From Tubulanus polymorphus (lineage: Eukaryota; Animalia; Nemertea): a DNA stretch of 64,000 bases. Below the pieces are notes generated by a model, which saw only the letters and a list, made by a program, of their open reading frames with translations, did not search any database and was not told the DNA's origin. Location of the stretch: positions 14,496,275 through 14,560,274 of the forward strand of contig NC_134032.1 of assembly GCF_964204645.1 (NCBI RefSeq), given 5' to 3'. The position numbers and the translations under genes were made by a program. This document shows, one piece after another, positions 1-13,818 of this stretch. Position 1 is the first letter of the stretch. Each line of letters begins with the position of its first letter.

Positions 1-944
1 TATCATTGTTGTTCATGTTGCTATGGTTATCAATATATTGTACGTCGTCGTCGTCGTGTAACAATGCTTGACGCTCGTTGCGGTGTTCGTTACCATAGTT
101 ACTAAGATATCGCGGTCCGTATGAAATTCATCTCTCGTTTCGCGATTATTATCAAATCCTTTGATCAGAAATTTAGCCGTCGGGCGAAGACTTCGACGTC
201 GCGAGCGTCCGCGACTACCGTCGGAAAAACAACCCGACAACGTCGTTTAAAATTAATTTCAAAAAACGATCTCTATCGTTAGTAACTATGCCTAACGACG
301 CCCCCTATGTTTCATTCTTTCTATATCGCGTAACGATTGTTTCCCGCGCGTAGATACCTTCGAAAAAATATGCGGTTTTTGAAAAAGGTTATTTTCTTAA
401 CTTTATGTTGCCATGGTTACCGGTTGCGAGCGGCTGCGGCGACGGCCATTTTTTCAATTTATAACGGGAAGAGTTCGCGCGTGCTCGACTTCCTCTCGTC
501 TGTGAATCATTCATTTCAACTTGTTCAATATTCCGCGCTTTAAACAATTTAATAATAAAAAAAAAACCGTCGCCGAGACACGACACAACACTGCCGGTTC
601 AATCCGGTTACCATGGTAACTAAACGGAATCCGGTGCAACCATAAAAATGTTTTTAAACCTACACGAAGCGCGTGTTGAGACGACGCGGCCGTCGATCGT
701 CGTTTAATTTAGAGAAAAAAATTCTACGCGTCCCATTTAAAATTCTCGAAGTTTTCGAAGAAGGAGTAAAAAATATCGAATATATCGAATAAAAGATTTA
801 TTTCAACGGTTTTCTTTTTCCGGCTAAAAAAACGTTTATTATATCGAATATTATATTATTTAATTGCGAGATGAAAAAATTGTTATTTCTGTCACAAATA
901 GAATCATATATATATATATATATATGTATATACATATCAATATA

Positions 945-989
<45 letters not shown>

Positions 990-2047
990 CAACGTACTCA
1001 TGCTTTTGGCTTTGTTTTATTTTTTATGCTTCTTATGTCGTGGGATTTTGAACGTAGTAAAGAAAAAGTCATTTCGATACGTTCAAAATAAACGCTGGAC
1101 CAGGTTTTACGGATGTGTCTCTTTGGGGCGGGGGGGCGGTTGAATAGACCTTGAGAATCTGCTTGCCATCGGAAATAGTCACCGCATTATTACCAGTATT
1201 TGGTAGTAGTTAAGAGTTCTGCCACTTTTTCGAATTTATTTCAAAATACTCTCAAAATCAGAAATGATTTCGATTAAACTACTATTTTTAGATCTCGAAT
1301 TACTCTCATTTTTTGTGTGAAAACTATTATTGAAGTCTACGTTAAAAACCTCCAGAAATTCGGGTCCCAGGTTGAACATTTATCCCAAGGGGTAACTTGA
1401 TAACGGACTCCATGAAACCCGGTCCAGGTCCGTGCTGATGTTCTGCTTATATTCGCTTTGCTTCTCATCTGGCTTTGCTTATTTTCTTCGTTGCATATGT
1501 CTGTAGTTTACGACCTTGACACGAATTTCTCCCGCCATTGATCCGACTAAACAAAGATTCCACAATCTATCGCCGCATCAAAAATTCACACGTTCATATT
1601 TGAAATATTATGATCGTGGGGGCGATTGCCGAAAATTGTTTAAATGGGTTCTGCGAGACACGGTGCGTGGCTGCCGCCCCAACCTCCCGCAAAACAACAA
1701 TGAAACTAGATCTGGGTCGCTGTAGCGGCCAGCCCGGCATTGAGACCCAGAATTCTCCCCTAAGACAGTCCCGATGGAAAATTAGAGGAAACCTGAGGAT
1801 AATTTGACGCTTGATTAAAAAAGAGGATGAACCCGGAGAGATAAGACTGATCAATCAATTATAGCGCCATCTATAGGCAAAAATATCAATTATAGAGCCC
1901 TAGGAGGGCTAAAGTCTGAACTATCAATGACAGTACCATCTGTAGGCAAAACTAAGAACTATTGATTAAAGAGCCATCTGCAGGCAAAAGGCTGAACTAA
2001 GCACAGATTAACCCTCTGGTAGTTTACAGAAAAAGAATTAAAAAATA

Positions 2048-2211
2048 CAGTAGACTTCGCTCGAATCGGATCTTTTGGTACCATAAAACTGTGTCCAACT
2101 TCAGCAATATCCGAGTTGGATATTATGTATATCCTATATAGTGTCAGAAAAATATTTTAAAAAAAAACATCCAAACTGAACGGTTATCTTCACGTTGAAC
2201 GGAGTCTACTG
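2048..2211. mobile_element. Tc1/mariner-pogo-like MITE
   Basis: TA|CAGTAGACTTCG...CGGAGTCTACTG|TA. Confidence 0.65.
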
Positions 2212-5166
2212 TAACGGACAAATATGGATAATAATTCACTCGAAGATTGAGGAAATATCTTGACTTATATTTTAAAAAAATTCCAACCCTTTTTGTTGTA
2301 TTGACTGGTCTGAAAAACCCTGACAGAGTTAAGTCACTGGAGTTGAGATAAAGTTGAAGGAGTTCCTTGATGTCTGTCGTAGATTATACGCAGTTTTACT
2401 TCCTGGTCTTCGAAAAAACCCGAACACGGCGGAAAACCCGAATTTGAGTCGATATAAAAAAACTGAGATAACACCATCTCAATATCGAGATAATGCCGCA
2501 GAAATATCGAAATTCCCGGTATTGGATTCTTCTTCGAAGGAATTTATGTAAATTCTGCCGATAATTATTGTATGAGTCAACGTTTGAAGTCTGATGTTTG
2601 CTGTCAATTTTTTCGGCTCGTAATAAAACGTTATGAGATGAACTCCGGAATATTGAGCGTCCCGAAAGTAGACCATGTTCGTCGACCCCTTTCACCCCCG
2701 ATAGCTGAGATGCATTTGAAAATATTACCACTGTCCCTGGACACTAGACCACTGGACAACTAGAGGCTGAAAAAAATTGATACTTTGTTTCTGCGGTCTG
2801 CTGAGCTTAAAACTTGACCCGGCCGGCCGCCTTTCTAACATGTATATCATTTTTTTTTTTAAATCGTGATATATTCTGCAGCTATAGAAAGGAACTGATT
2901 ACAAATTCTATTATATTTAACAAAAATGACCCGGCCACCGCTGAGAAACAAGGTATCATTATTGTTCAGCCTTATTGAAATTTTTGTGACATTTTCCAAG
3001 GCCTATTTTTTCACTTTTAAGTGTCCAAAGCAATGAAGAACCTCAATGAAGAAATAGAACAATCAAAGACAGCAATAAATACTACAAACTCTCTCTCGGT
3101 TCAGATATATTGAAAAATATCATTGTCCCACCGACTACGAATCTAAACATTTTTAAGATTTAACTCATCGAAAAAAGTTGAAAGTGAAAATAATTTTTCC
3201 GAGGAATTGTTTCCGATGAAAAATATCATTGATGAAGTGACGGATGAATAGAATTGTATTAATTCACCCCCAGCAGAGTTCACGCAACCGACTCCATCGC
3301 GCTTTTTTTTTTCATTATCAATTTCGATGAGTCATTTTTGACGTTCACATCGCGAGTCGAATTTGATCGAACAGTTTTAATTGTCGAACGCGTAATTCGA
3401 AAAAAACTCATCATTCAAACGACACGTCGTATTGTCGTCGTCGTCGTCGTTGGTTACAGGCGACTCGGTAGCCGCGGCGACGCTCTCACTCGACGCGCTT
3501 CGCGGAAATTAATGAGATTTTTTGCGATCGAACTTTAATGTCGTTTTTAATGAAAAAAATTATATCTCCGGGGACGACGTTTACCGCGCGGAGACGCGGA
3601 ACGCGACGTAAAATTACAGTCGACGCTTGCGGGCGGAAAATTTCTCCATCTCAGAAAATCTTATGAATCATCATTTTTTGAAGAGCGATTGTCTGTCGTT
3701 AATTTTTGACTGCATGAATAAATTCCTTTGAAGAAGAATATTAGAAATACGGAAGTCGCATACGGAGTTTCATCGTTCCTTCCATCAATTATCATTTTCA
3801 ACCGGTTAAAATATCAGGACCCATCTTGGATGTATGTGAACGCGTGGATCCAGTTCCGCAGACGTGAGTTAAGATTTAACTCTGAGTTTACTTATTGAAA
3901 ATGAACTGATTTTAACTCTGAGTTTACTCATTGAAAATGAACTGATTTTAACTCAGAGTTTAATCATTGAAAATGAACTGATTTTAACTCAGAGTTTAAT
4001 CATTGAAAATGAACTGATTTTAACTCAGAGTTTACTCATTGAAAATGAACTGATTTTAACTCTTGAGATAGTTAACTCTTACTCACAACAACTGTAGATC
4101 TCGATCCCGAGTTCAGACTTAACTCTGAACTCAGGATCCAGTTCCACAGTAGTTGTGAGTTAGATTTAACTCAGAGATGAAATTAGTTCATTTTCAATGA
4201 GATAACTCTGAGTCAAATCTTAACTCATAACTGTGGAACTGGATCAATCTCAACTGTGGATGCAAACTGAGAGACCCTGAATTTTAAAATTATAGGATTT
4301 TTCGCGACATGTTTATGCTTATCAGTAGGTGCTGTATATATTGATAGTTCGGAAAGTTCAAAGACTGTTGATAGTACAGAGACGACAAAGAGCGGATGAC
4401 GGGGGGTTTAACTAGTTGGGAGATGTGGTTCAGTAAGCGTGTTAAACACATATGTGCAAACGAAATAACAAGTTGTGGCATATTTTACACCTGAAAACCA
4501 ACTGTCACCAAAAACTATTCTCTGACCGATGGTCATTCATCAAACAAATTTATTGAACTGTCAATTTTAACAAAGAATTCGATGTGTTTTTGCACGCAAA
4601 ACATCTGCAACTATTGTCGCCACGGTTTCTGCCGCTACGCGTTTCACTTAATTCATATAAAACAGTTGCTGTAGTTTCGGTCAGTTAGTTCTCTATGACC
4701 CATATAGGGGGCGTGTGTGTTCATTGTTTCACGTGTTTTGCGCGTTACACGGAATTTAAACAACCACAAAAGTGTTAATTCATTCCATTGAAAATTAGAT
4801 TTTTCGTCAAATGTTTTTGATCTCATTGAATGCTTTATGTTCCACATGTGAGTTCCACGTGTGAGTTCCACACGTGTGAGTTCCACGTGTGGAACTCACA
4901 TCAAAAAATTTCCTCGATTTTTTCATTATCCAAATCATTAATTTCTGTGATACAAACTTTTAGGAAAATTTCATTCCCTTCGCAATTATTTGATCTCCGC
5001 AAAAGAAAAAGGAATTGTTTTCGTTTGCATTGTTTTTCTGTGAATATTTTTGTGTTTATTCCACACAATTGTGTTTATTCCACACAAATAGATGATATAT
5101 GTCACAAATAGAAATTGAATTATCCCAAAGTCCTTTTTTTACCTATTTATAACTGATTTTGACTTA

Positions 5167-5387
5167 GGCTAAAAAAAAATTGATACCTTGTTTCTCCGCT
5201 CTGCTGAGCTTAAATGTTGACCCGGCCGGCCGTCTATCTACCCTATACATTACTTTTTTTTAAATCGTGATCAATTTTACCATAACAGACCCGGCCGCTA
5301 TAGAAATGAACTGTTTATAAATTTTATCATATTTTACAAAAATGACCCGGCCGCTGCGGAGAAATAAGGTATCATTTTTGTTTAGCC
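5167..5387. mobile_element. Harbinger/Tourist-like MITE (second copy ~2765-2971)
   Basis: TTA|GGCTAAA..TGATACCTTGTTTCTCCGC...GCGGAGAAATAAGGTATCA..TTTAGCC|TTA. Confidence 0.7.
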
Positions 5388-8174
5388 TTATCATTAACCA
5401 ACCATTCCTTTTCATATTGTATTCCCAGAAACATAGTATTACATATTGCAATGGTTTTTATTGTTTTCATAAAAATTAGTTGAACATCTAATGATAAAGG
5501 AGCTAAGAATTTGAGCTATGGTTTTAATAAGGACTCCGAGTTCAACTCTATCAATCGAGGACTCTGCCCGGATCCACCAGGTGTCACTAGTGAGAATTAG
5601 AACAACGATGCCAGATTCAATTCGAAATCTATCCATAATTTCTGAAATCTACGAATGCTGAAAATGAAATGCGTTGTTTTAACCATAAAGATCAATCTCA
5701 GTTTATCAACAAGCGATAACTCGAGATTGAATTTTCAGTCAAATTGTTGTGAACGCCATCTGGTGGATAATTAATGGTACATTTGTCCTCATTAACCCTT
5801 TACTTCCATCACTCAACCTTTGAGAATTATATGTGGAACTAGTTGGGAAGTTTTGATCTGATCGAGTACTCTATGATGTAGGCTATGTATCCATGCACAC
5901 GGTAAAGGATGATATTACCTTCACGACGGGGACCTTCGAAAAAAATATCGAAATTGTTAGCGGGCAATTTCTGATTAATCAAATGCTCTAGTTAAATCCG
6001 AGATTGATGAGGGATTAACTCCTACTCCTATTAGAACCAATCTCTCCAAACTGGAATAATAAATTGTGCTGTTATTTTTTAATGCAAAATGCTTAATATT
6101 GATGATGAGTTTAGTGCGAGTTTGATGTTAACCCTTTCAGTGCGGTGTATAATTCACCCACCTACCCTGCAGTGCGGTGTTTCTATATAATCATTAAAAA
6201 AATTAAATCGTTGTAAATATATGCTACTAATGGTACACCGCACTGTGGTGTAGATGTAATATCTGTTTTACATTGTGCTGCAGCGTAGATGCTATAAACC
6301 GGTATGCCCATAATACATCGCACTGCTGGGTAGATGCTGTATGATGCTTATGAGGTGGATTCAGGACCCAGTTTCACAGTTCTGAACCTAGTTCCACAGT
6401 TGTATCAGTTAAAATCCGACTCAAAGGATTAAATTTATTGAGTCAAATCTAACCATGAACACGAAAACTGGGTGCAGGTCATGTTTCACAAATAAGTATT
6501 TCATTGACTTTTTAAATCAATTTCATGAAGTTGTTTTATGAGTTCAGGTCGATCCTGACTTATTATCTGTATATTCAAGCAGTATTGTGTGTCAGATATA
6601 ATCTTGATGAGGTGACGACCCGAATTTTTCAAGGGCCAAAAAAACATTTTCCAAACGCGATAAAAATTGACGCGAAGGTTGTGTGTGTGTGTGTAAAGTA
6701 TTATCAATAATTTGTATGGTTTAATGTAAAACTCAGGGATAAAGAAGGAATACTCAAATACGACAGTCGGATCTCAATTCAACATACCCCCCTCCCCCTC
6801 CCCCTCCCCCTCTCCCCCTCCCCCCAATCAGAACCCAGTTCCACAGCTGTAAGTTACACACTTGCCAATAGCTCAATATTCTAACACTAAAAGTCAGAAT
6901 TGTACTGTCACATATCTAACTTAAACAGGGTTTGGAATTCTCCCACCCCCCTCCAACAACTGCCCCTCCCCTGCCCAATCAGGTTTTTGCTGTAAAGAGG
7001 TTCGACTGTACATTGTAACAATGTATTACATTTGGAGAATACTTTTCGTAATACATCGTATTTGTATAGAAAATTTGTATATAGTGCAATAAAGTATATA
7101 TAATGATATACAATGTAAACAACAATGTACAATATTGTATATACTATTAATTTATTAATCTAGGCCCAGTTCCACGGTTACGAGTAACAGTCTGAGTTAA
7201 AATCAATTCATTTTCGATGAGTTAACTCCGAGTCAAATTTAACTCACAACTGTGGAACTGGTTCCTGGATATTTATTTGTTAGAGTTATTTGAAGGTGTT
7301 GTTTGATGAGTTCGTTTAGCGACCAGTTTATGAATAGATCTCGACCGTGAGTTCAATTTTAACTCAGAGTGAAATTCTAACTTATGTGATAAATTATGGA
7401 ACTGAGAACTGGGTCCCAAGGTCGTGGTTCTAAGAAGAACTGGGTCCTTTGGAAAGTGAGTCCTCATTTACTAATATAGTTTGAATACAATTCGGTCGTT
7501 AACTCAATTTTATCACGATCTTGATAAAACATGAATAAAAATTCAGTCAATACGAGTTTATTTTTTAGGGCACACAGCGGTCGTATCGCAAATACTTGAG
7601 AGTATAATGACCCTGGAATTTTCATATCTGATCAAAAAAAAAAATCTAGTTTTGGACCAGATTTTTATGCTTGATAGCAAAAAAACAATGTATATCAGGT
7701 GATCTGAAGACAATTAGATATCATTTCAAGCGCAAAACATACAATGTAATAATAGAGCATTATGTATGATGTACAATGTATTTATATGATGTATCAATAC
7801 AACGCGATGTACAGACAATGTACATGTATATAAGTAAAACATGACAGACTTGCATTATATATGTACATTATATAAGACTGGTTACCGGTAGAGAGAATGT
7901 ATTTAAGGGAACCAGTCTAATGATTGTTTTCTAGTCTCTGTTAACTAATTAAGGGTATTAGAAATCCTTAATTGGTTAATGTTAATGGTTTTTCATGAGT
8001 GTAATATAAAAACCCATAATGTATTAATGAATTTATCACAGTAATTACAGAACGTAATATATGAAATATATTGAAGAAAAAAGTGAGAATAAATAAATAT
8101 TGAAAAATAGAATAGATTACAGTTGTCTGTTTTATTGGAGTTGGTTCCAGTTCCATTGTCAGAGGTCTAACAGG

Positions 8175-8712
8175 CGTGTCCCGGGTTCGAACCCAGTAAT
8201 TACTGATACTGATTCTGAATGGTCCTGATGCTGAATAGAGGATGTACAGGGGTGTCCCGGGTTCGAATCCAGTAATTACTGATACTGATTCAGAGTGGTC
8301 CCGATGCTGGATAGAGGATGTACAGGGGTGTCCCGGGTTTGAATCCAGTGATTACTGACACTGAAACAGAGTGGTCCTGATGCTGAATAGAGGATGTACA
8401 GGGGTGTCCGGGGTTCGAATCCAGTGATTACTGACACTGATTCAGAGTGGTCCCGATGCTGAATAGAGGATGTGCAGGGGGTCCCGGGTTTGGACCAGTA
8501 ATTACTGACACTGAATCAGAGTGGTCCCGATGCTGAATAGAGGATGTACAGGGGTGTCCCGAGTTCGAATCAAGTGATTACTGACACTGATTCAGAGTGG
8601 TCCTGATGCTGAATAGAGGATGTGCAGGGGTGTCCTGGGTTTGGACCAGTAATTACTGACACTGAGTCAGAGTGGTTCTGATGCTGGATAGAAGATGTAC
8701 AGGGATGTCCCC
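8175..8712 (+). repeat. 76-bp tandem repeat (~7 copies) with tRNA/SINE-like A- and B-boxes
   Basis: Period 76 (cagggg at 8247, 8323, 8399). The unit contains TTCAGAGTGG and CCGGGTTCGAATCC. Confidence 0.85.
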
Positions 8713-9640
8713 ATCTCAGTATTGAGATGCAGCAGTTCAAATAGATGTTAAACTATATCAAAATCATTCAATTAGAATTGTCATTATTTATTTTGATACA
8801 TATAATTGATGAAAATAATATTGGTATGAATCTTGATGTGGACTGAATGTAGATACCTGGTTGCCATCTATGGGAATTTTCTGGAACTAACAACTTAAAC
8901 AATCAAGTTCAATGAATGTCTGCATTCCTGGGTTCGAGCCCAGTAATTACTGAAGGAGATTCATCAGCATGGTCCTGCTGCTGAATGGATGATGTACAGG
9001 GGTGTCCCGGGTTCGAACCCAGTACAATTACCGACACTGATTCAGAGTGGTCCTGATGCTGAATAGAGGATGTACAGGGGTGTCCCCATCTCGGTAATGA
9101 GTTGCAGCAATTCAAATAGATGTTAAACTTTATCAAAATCATTCAATTAGAATTGTCATTATTTATTTTGATACATATAATTGATAAAAATAATATTGGT
9201 ATGAATCTTGATGTGGACTGAATGTAGATACCTGGTTGCCATCTATGGGAATTTTCTGGAACTAACAACTTAAACAATCAAGTTCAATGAATGTCTGCAT
9301 TCCCGGGTTCGAGCCCAGTAATTACTGAAGGAGATTCATCAGCATGGTCCTGCTGCTGAATGGATGATGTACAGGGGTGTCCCGGGTTCGAACCCAGTAC
9401 AATTACCGACACTGATTCAGAGTGGTCCTGATGCTGAATAGAGGATGTACAGGGGTGTCCCCATCTCGGTAATGAGTTGCAGCAATTCAAATAGATGTTA
9501 AACTTTATCAAAATCATTCAATTAGAATTATTAGATTTATTTTGATGCTTATAATTGATAAAAATAACGTTGGTATGAATCTTGATGTGGACTAAATGTA
9601 GATACCTGGTTGCCATCTATGAGAATTTTCTGGAACTAAC
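8713..9640. repeat. 375-bp tandem duplication (~2.5 copies)
   Basis: Near-identical blocks offset by 375 bp, reflected in the twin ORFs 8909-9142 and 9284-9517. Confidence 0.9.
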
Positions 9641-9851
9641 TAGATAGAGAATGTACAAGGGTGTCCCAGGTTCGAACCCAGGAATTACTGACACTGATGC
9701 CGAGTGGGGATCACGAATTATGCCATCAGGTTCGAATCCCTGTCGGGTAGGATGGTTTAACTCGGCAATGAAGAGTCGGCCCAATCAAAAGACGTCGATA
9801 AAACAAAAACTTGTAACAAAACGAAAATAAAACTTTATTCTTCATCGTTTT

Positions 9852-11405
9852 TTAACCTAAATACTTCCATACAACGAACATGACGAGACAAGTAGCGATC
9901 ATCCCGATAGCCATGATTATTTTATCCTGATACGTTCGTTTTTCTATCAGACGCATAACCGTATTCGATAGTCCGAGCGTATTAGCAATGTCTAGAATAC
10001 GCTTCTGAGCGCCTTTCAACGTGTGACGCTGATCGCGTAGATTCGTCAGGATTCCCGAGCCGTGATCGATCAGATTATCCATCTCTCTGTTCGACGTGTG
10101 TAGACGATTGTGATGTTGGAGGGCGTGGTCTATCATGATTGACGTGTCGGCGTCGTTCGTCGTAAACGTACGCGACATCAGAGCCTCTCTTTCACGTTCC
10201 TCTTCTTCTCGTTGATATCTGAAATTAAACGCGCGAAGTTGTTACTTAGAAATAAAAATTAGCTTGTAGATAGATATGTGGGTAATTTATTTTTTATTCT
10301 AAAGCTTCTTCAATAGAATCTGTCAGTCAGGTGAGAAAATGTAGGAAGGATCCAATGTCTGGCAGCCAAACTAAGCGTCGTAGTCTCCTTCTTGCTGTTT
10401 CCATTCTGGCTTTTAGACAAATAATGAACATCTGGCAACCAAACTAGGCTGACGGGCATGCTAGAGTGGTGTATTTGGCTCGGGGTGGGGTGTAGGCTTA
10501 GTGAGGGGAGGGTGGGGTGTAGACTGAGTGAGGGGCGGGTGGGGTGTAGATTGAGTGAGGGTAGGGTGTAGGCTGAGTGAGAGGAGGGGTGGGGTGTAGA
10601 CCGAGTGAGGGGTAGGGCAGGTTGTAGGCCGAGGGTTGGGGGTGTAGGCTTAGTGAGGGGAGGGTGGGGTGTAGACTGAGTGAGTGGCGGGTGGGGTGTA
10701 GACTGAGTGAGGGGCGGGTGGGGTGTAGACTGAGTGAGGGTAGGGTGTAGGCTGAGTGAGAGGAGGGGTGGGGTGTAGACCGAGTGAGGGGTAGGGCAGG
10801 TTGTAGGCCGAGGGTTGGGGGTGTAGGCTTAGTGAGAGGAGGGTGGGGTGTAGACTGAGTGAGGGTTGGGGGTGTAGACCGAGTGAGGGGTAGGGCAGGT
10901 TGTAGGCCTAGGGTTGAGGGTGTAGACTGAGTGAGAGGAGGGGTAGGGTGTAGACCGAGTGAGGGTTGGGGGTGTAGACCGAATGAGGGGTAGCGCAGGT
11001 TGTAGGCCAAGGGGTGGGGTGTAGGCCGAGGGGTGGGCTGTAGACCGAGGGGTGGGATGTAGAGGACCGAGTGAAGGGTAGGGCAGGCTGTAGGCCGAAG
11101 GTTGGGGTGGGATGGGGCCGTTCTTACCGTTTATGCTGTTGATTTCTCATTGCCGCCTGTAAATGTTGACAGTCGTATTTAAGTTGATCTATTCTGAGTT
11201 TAGCGTTGGCTCGTCGCGTCGCCGGTTCTTTATTGACTAAAATCTCGAGACGTTCGCAGTTACTGACGACCTGATCGATACGAGCTCGAACCTCATTCTC
11301 TACGAGGTGTACGTCGTCTCCCGTAGCCTGCTCTAAACGAGACAAACTATTCTGAACCTCGTGAACCATTTTATTGGTCTGATGATAAAGTGATTCCATC
11401 GCCAT
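9852..11405 (-). CDS. GOSR2: Golgi SNAP receptor complex member 2 (membrin/GS27), 2 coding exons
   Basis: Exons 11405-11128 and 10218-9852 join in phase (CG|gtaag...tttcag|A TAT). The protein has an N-terminal Habc region ([10 protein letters not shown]...[13 protein letters not shown]...[16 protein letters not shown]), a Qb-SNARE motif ([35 protein letters not shown]) and a C-terminal TM segment. A probable non-coding first exon ends at donor ~12065. Confidence 0.95.
10480..11118 (+). repeat. G-rich minisatellite (GGGTGGGGTGTAGACTGAGTGAG-type) in the GOSR2 intron
   Basis: Dozens of GGG/GGGG runs on the + strand. Confidence 0.9.
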
Positions 11406-12199
11406 GATGCTGATGATCGGTCCTGTGATCAGCTAACTATTCTTATAAATCCTGTAGAAAAGTAAGAATTGCGGATAATTAAGTCTATATTCGAGCACAT
11501 ATTGCCAGACCAGTACAGGCGCGGATCCAAAATTTTTTCCAGGAGGGGGCTCATAAAAAATGTTAATGTAAAACTGCCGACTAAAATCTCTAATGATAGG
11601 GGGCCTGTACGGCATATTGTTTAGCCAAACATAAGCTGATATGGTACCAATTATGTGCCCACTTTGTCTTGAGTACATTCTTTCAAGAAAACAATTGAAA
11701 AATTTTTGGTTACTGAGCAGGGGGTCACGACCCCTGAACCCCCCCTCTCTGCACCTGCTAGTTCCATATTTTCATGGGTTGGGAGAAAGAGTGAAAGTCA
11801 AATTTGAAAGGAAAGAGAGGGGAGAGATTTGAAAGAGGCAAAGAACGACACGAGGAGGGAGAGGGATAGTTACCTAATCGTTGGTGGCAAGCCTGAAAAA
11901 ATATGTGAGAGTGAAACTAAGCCACAGACAGATGAGATTACTGACACAGATTACAGGAAAAGAGGAGTTGCCCTGGACAGCCTGGATGAATTAAGTTAAG
12001 AAGAGTGAGAGAGAATGAGATGACCTGATCATCTGTCTCGTGGTAAGAAATCAAAAAAGTTTACCTAATTCTGAATCGCTCTGTCGAAGCTTCTCGAATT
12101 CTGTTCCGTCGCTGTTTTTTTAAAGCTTCTCCTTTTGTTTCTATTATCACAGTCAATCTGTTTTAAAACTGACGTGTCTAATAGCTCTAATGTACGAAA

Positions 12200-12240
12200 A
12201 TTACTTCCGGGTTCATTTATTTCCGGGTTACCGGAAGGTG
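12200..12240. promoter_or_regulatory. ETS-type (CCGGAA) motif cluster, probable GOSR2 promoter
   Basis: ACTTCCGGG, TTTCCGGG and CCGGAAG occur within 40 bp, just upstream of the inferred first exon. Confidence 0.45.
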
Positions 12241-13772
12241 CTGCCCCCTCAGAGAATTCACAGATTACTCGCGTGCCAAAGAAGAATCATACATTTAGAC
12301 TGTCAAGTGCTGCCACTATATTAAGCATTAGCGGTGAGTATGTGAATTAACATATCATTTGTTTTAAGTAATTTTACAGGTTTGTCAGTTACTGACGTCG
12401 CCCAGTACGTCCTGTAGTTAGATGGAGAACGTGGAGACGTTGTCATTCTGGTTTTCGTGTTCTGTGTGAGGGCGTGTAGAGGGCAGTATTACCTGGCTGG
12501 CTCATTGTCTGGTGTTCTCGGCATGTGACCGGCGACAGAGAGCTGTGAAGCTTTCGGACATTAGTTTTGTTCCGTACCAGGTTTTCATCGCTCTTCTCTT
12601 TTTCACAATCCAGGTATCGACAAAAGACGATGCAAGAAGAAGATGCCCGATGACCATTAAACGCTAGGAGACGATGGAGGGATGCGGCAGATTCAGCCGC
12701 CACCAAGATCCTGGCCGCCACTGAACTCGGCAATCTTGAACGTTAAGTTGATACACATGTAAGTTTCGATTATAACTCTATGATAAAGGATTGTGTGACT
12801 AAAGAATGTTGTTCTTTTAATCATTTCAGCTTCGACGAAACCCAAGAAGACGAAGAAGGAATGCTGTAGATTCAACTGCCGTCAAGAAAATCCACTGAAC
12901 TCGGCAATCTTGTAAGACTGAGGCACTTCCTCAAGTACATTAATACCTGTCATTTAGGTATAATTGTTGTTGTGGGATAAAACGACATGTTCATGTCAAT
13001 TGTTCATAAATCACTGATTTATTAAGGTCCTATCGAATATAGTTTAGCTTTTTCTTGATAATTGAGGAGATATCCTCAAAATCGATGTCATTTGAAAAGT
13101 TGACATGATAGATCCGTATTTTTCATGAAATATAACTACGTAGGTGTCAGTTATGTTGACCTCATGAATTGACAAATTCATAATCCTAGACTTCGGTGTT
13201 TTATGCATCAAAGTTTATAATTTTTTGTGTATTTTGTTATTTTCCTGTTGATGCAAATTGTATAAATCAGCTGTAGTGGAAATGTATTGTATATTAAAAC
13301 TTCAAAATACCTTACATGTAACTTTTGTGGTTTTAAAGTTAGTACAATTTCATACATAGTAATAGAAATAAAATTACTATTAAAATTTGAGAAAATAAGC
13401 TAAAAGTTAATGACATGATATGATGTGTGAAAATAAAATGATGTAAGAATGTAAATCAGATTGCTAAATCCTACGCTTTCCAGAGTATTTGGCCAGGTTT
13501 ATCTCTGGTTTTAGTGTGGGGGACATGGACAATTGAGTCCATGGTGGTTTTTTCTGCTTAAGCCCCTGTGTTTTATTCTTGCAATCTTCTTTTTTTCAAC
13601 TCTGATAAATAATTCCACCAACTGGTCCCTCGACAAGCTTTCACACGTTCAGAATACATGATTATGTGATTATATCAACGGCAAGACCAAACATGAAAAC
13701 ATGACAGACAATAAAATCTTTCATTGCGAATTAGAGAAACTTTATTCATAAACAAATTCATATTCTAATAAT

Positions 13773-13818
<46 letters not shown>

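Noticed and set aside
8175-8712. tRNA gene cluster
   Set aside because: A- and B-box-like motifs are present, but no acceptor or anticodon stems can be formed.
10498-11010. 170-aa Pro-rich ORF
   Set aside because: It reads through the intronic G-rich minisatellite of GOSR2.
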